DNA of 64,000 nucleotides from a virus (Duplodnaviria; Caudoviricetes): IMG/VR virus record IMGVR_UViG_3300026522_000021; one strand, 5' to 3'. Shown piece by piece: positions 62,444 to 64,000 of this stretch (position 1 is its first letter; each line of letters starts with the position of its first letter). The notes under the pieces were generated by a model. It saw only the letters and a program-made list of their open reading frames with translations, ran no database searches and was not told where the DNA came from. The position numbers and the translations under genes were made by a program.

Positions 62444-62653
62444 ATGGCTAATAATTATAAACATACAAGAACGATTTCTGACACGATTAAAGTGAAAGGC
62501 GTTGTAACTTGCCAGAGTGACGGAACGTTTATTACATACGAGAAGGATAAAGAAGAATACACTGTAGATGTATTGGATTTATTTAATCAGTTTTCTGGCG
62601 AAGAAGTAAATTTTGCAATTACAACAAAAGATGAAACTGATTTAGAGGAATAA
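62444..62653 (+). CDS. YonK-like small protein
   Basis: Size, position and VKG..ITYE..L..F.GEEV.F.I pattern as in SPbeta-like phages. Confidence 0.55.
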   Translation: MANNYKHTRTISDTIKVKGVVTCQSDGTFITYEKDKEEYTVDVLDLFNQFSGEEVNFAITTKDETDLEE

Positions 62654-62665
62654 AGAGGTTATTTA

Positions 62666-63871
62666 ATGTCAAATATTAGTTTAGAAAAACAGCCAAATGA
62701 AAACGAAGAGCAATTCATATGGCGATTAGGTCAAGCAAAAGATTCTGGTATCCTTGATTTAGACTGGAACGAGCTTGCCGATGTTATAAATAAAGCATGG
62801 AGGCAAGATGAAACAGAATACAAAAGCGAAGCTGCGTATCGCAAATGCTATCAATATGCAAAACGTTTTTATGAAGCAAACGTTTTTAACCAGTATTCTG
62901 ACGAGGACACTTATATAAAACAATTACGTGATGCAAAGGTTGAGCTTAGAAAAGAAAAACAAAAAATGTTTGATGAACGTACAGAGCTTAATCGTAAAAT
63001 TCGAGAACAGGCAAGATGCGAGTCATTCATTGATTTGGTTACTGATAAGATTTCAAATGTAGCACCACTTGAATTAAATTATCGAGACAAAGATATTATT
63101 GAATCTGATAACGATATTATTTGTCATATTACTGATCTACATGCTGGTATACATATAGACAACTGGTATAACAAATTCAATATGGATGTGTTAAAAGAAA
63201 GGCTGACCAATTATCTGGATCAGCTTTTTCAAATTCAACAACGGCATAATTCAGAAGATTGTTATATTGTAATTGGCGAAATCATGTCTGGTTTAATCCA
63301 TGAAACGTTGAGGATAGAAAATAATGAAAATGTTATTCAACAGTTCATTATGGTATCTTCTATTCTTTCCGAGATGATTTCAGAAATAGCAAAGCGTTTT
63401 AATAATGTCTATGTCTATATTACACCCGGAAATCATTCACGAGTAATTGCAAATAAAGAGCATTCATTACGTGGAGAGAATTTTGATATACTACTCCCCC
63501 ACTATCTTAAAGCGAGCTTGCAGAATTATCAAAACGTCTTTATAGAGGATAATCTTAAAGATTGCGATATTGCAATGTTCGAAGTTCGTGGAAATAAAGT
63601 AATGGGTGTGCATGGTGATAAGGACGATGTTGGAAGTGTCGTTCAAAAATTCACTATGGTATTCGGAATAAAACCAGATATTGTTTTAATGGGACATAGG
63701 CATACAAATGCAATGACAACAGTTTATGATACAAAAGTCATTCAATCTGGATGTGTTTCTGGCTCTGACAACTATTGTCTTGATAAACGATTAAAGAATA
63801 GACCAGAGCAAACAGTTTCGATTGTAAGCCATGACGGACTTGTTTGCATATATGATATAAAAGTAGATTAA
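62666..63871 (+). CDS. YonJ-like metallophosphoesterase
   Basis: TDLHAG, PGNHSR, VHGD, MGHRH. Confidence 0.8.
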   Translation: MSNISLEKQPNENEEQFIWRLGQAKDSGILDLDWNELADVINKAWRQDETEYKSEAAYRKCYQYAKRFYEANVFNQYSDEDTYIKQLRDAKVELRKEKQKMFDERTELNRKIREQARCESFIDLVTDKISNVAPLELNYRDKDIIESDNDIICHITDLHAGIHIDNWYNKFNMDVLKERLTNYLDQLFQIQQRHNSEDCYIVIGEIMSGLIHETLRIENNENVIQQFIMVSSILSEMISEIAKRFNNVYVYITPGNHSRVIANKEHSLRGENFDILLPHYLKASLQNYQNVFIEDNLKDCDIAMFEVRGNKVMGVHGDKDDVGSVVQKFTMVFGIKPDIVLMGHRHTNAMTTVYDTKVIQSGCVSGSDNYCLDKRLKNRPEQTVSIVSHDGLVCIYDIKVD

Positions 63872-63920
63872 AAGTCTATCTGAAAACGGATAGGCTTTTA
63901 TTATTGGAGAAGAAAGAGAG

Positions 63921-64000
63921 ATGAAAAAAAATGATTTAGTTTTGGAAATCGCAAGTAGATTGGGATTACCTAAAGTTGAATGTGAAAAAGTAATTGATAC
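63921..64000 (+). CDS. HU-family DNA-binding protein (partial)
   Basis: MKKNDLVLEIASRLGLPKVECEKVID; truncated by the window edge. Confidence 0.7.
   Translation, partial: MKKNDLVLEIASRLGLPKVECEKVID

Noticed and set aside
1-64000. DGR reverse transcriptase and template repeat
   Set aside because: No YxDD RT ORF and no AAC-rich copy of the variable region was found in this window.

Overview
This window looks like part of a large SPbeta-like phage or prophage of a low-GC Firmicute. The host is probably Clostridia, which is an inference. Genes run on the - strand from 1 to about 50.4 kb and on the + strand from about 52.2 kb. Layout: (1) 1-10.6 kb accessory genes, including a split, circularly permuted C5 DNA methyltransferase, phosphoesterases and a YqeY-like protein. 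(2) 10.6-15.2 kb RNA island: canonical tRNAs, tmRNA, a DUF2828/TROVE-like vWA protein, and nine ncRNAs sharing a helix-NN-ACAGCAA motif. Several of the nine are tRNA chimeras or display bare anticodon stem-loops. (3) 15.2-21.5 kb: six proteins sharing an MK(I/F)RxD(F/Y)VTNSSSSS(F/Y) N-terminus, near a radical SAM/SPASM enzyme and a Thg1-like gene. (4) A DGR-type target gene at 22.4-23.1 kb. (5) 25-30 kb SPbeta-like lysogeny module: tyrosine recombinase, DUF262, MazF-like and a recombinase-fold repressor. (6) 29-50.4 kb: about 16 stereotyped early cassettes (operator, sigmaA promoter, conserved leader, ORF, terminator, repeat-rich spacer). (7) 50.4-52.2 kb gene-free junction packed with regulator sites (CIRCE x2, DnaA boxes, two other palindromes). 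(8) + strand: wHTH protein, YonO-like single-subunit RNA polymerase, GIY-YIG nuclease, a ~470-nt structured RNA, tRNAs, GT2, beta-CASP RNase, ClpP, YonK/YonJ-like genes and HU. The best candidate new system is the TROVE-like protein with its array of tRNA-mimic ACAGCAA RNAs. Other strong leads are antisense RNAs against the shared early-gene leader, the NSSSSS/radical SAM family and the host-operator cluster. All calls come from reading motifs by eye; no searches were run.
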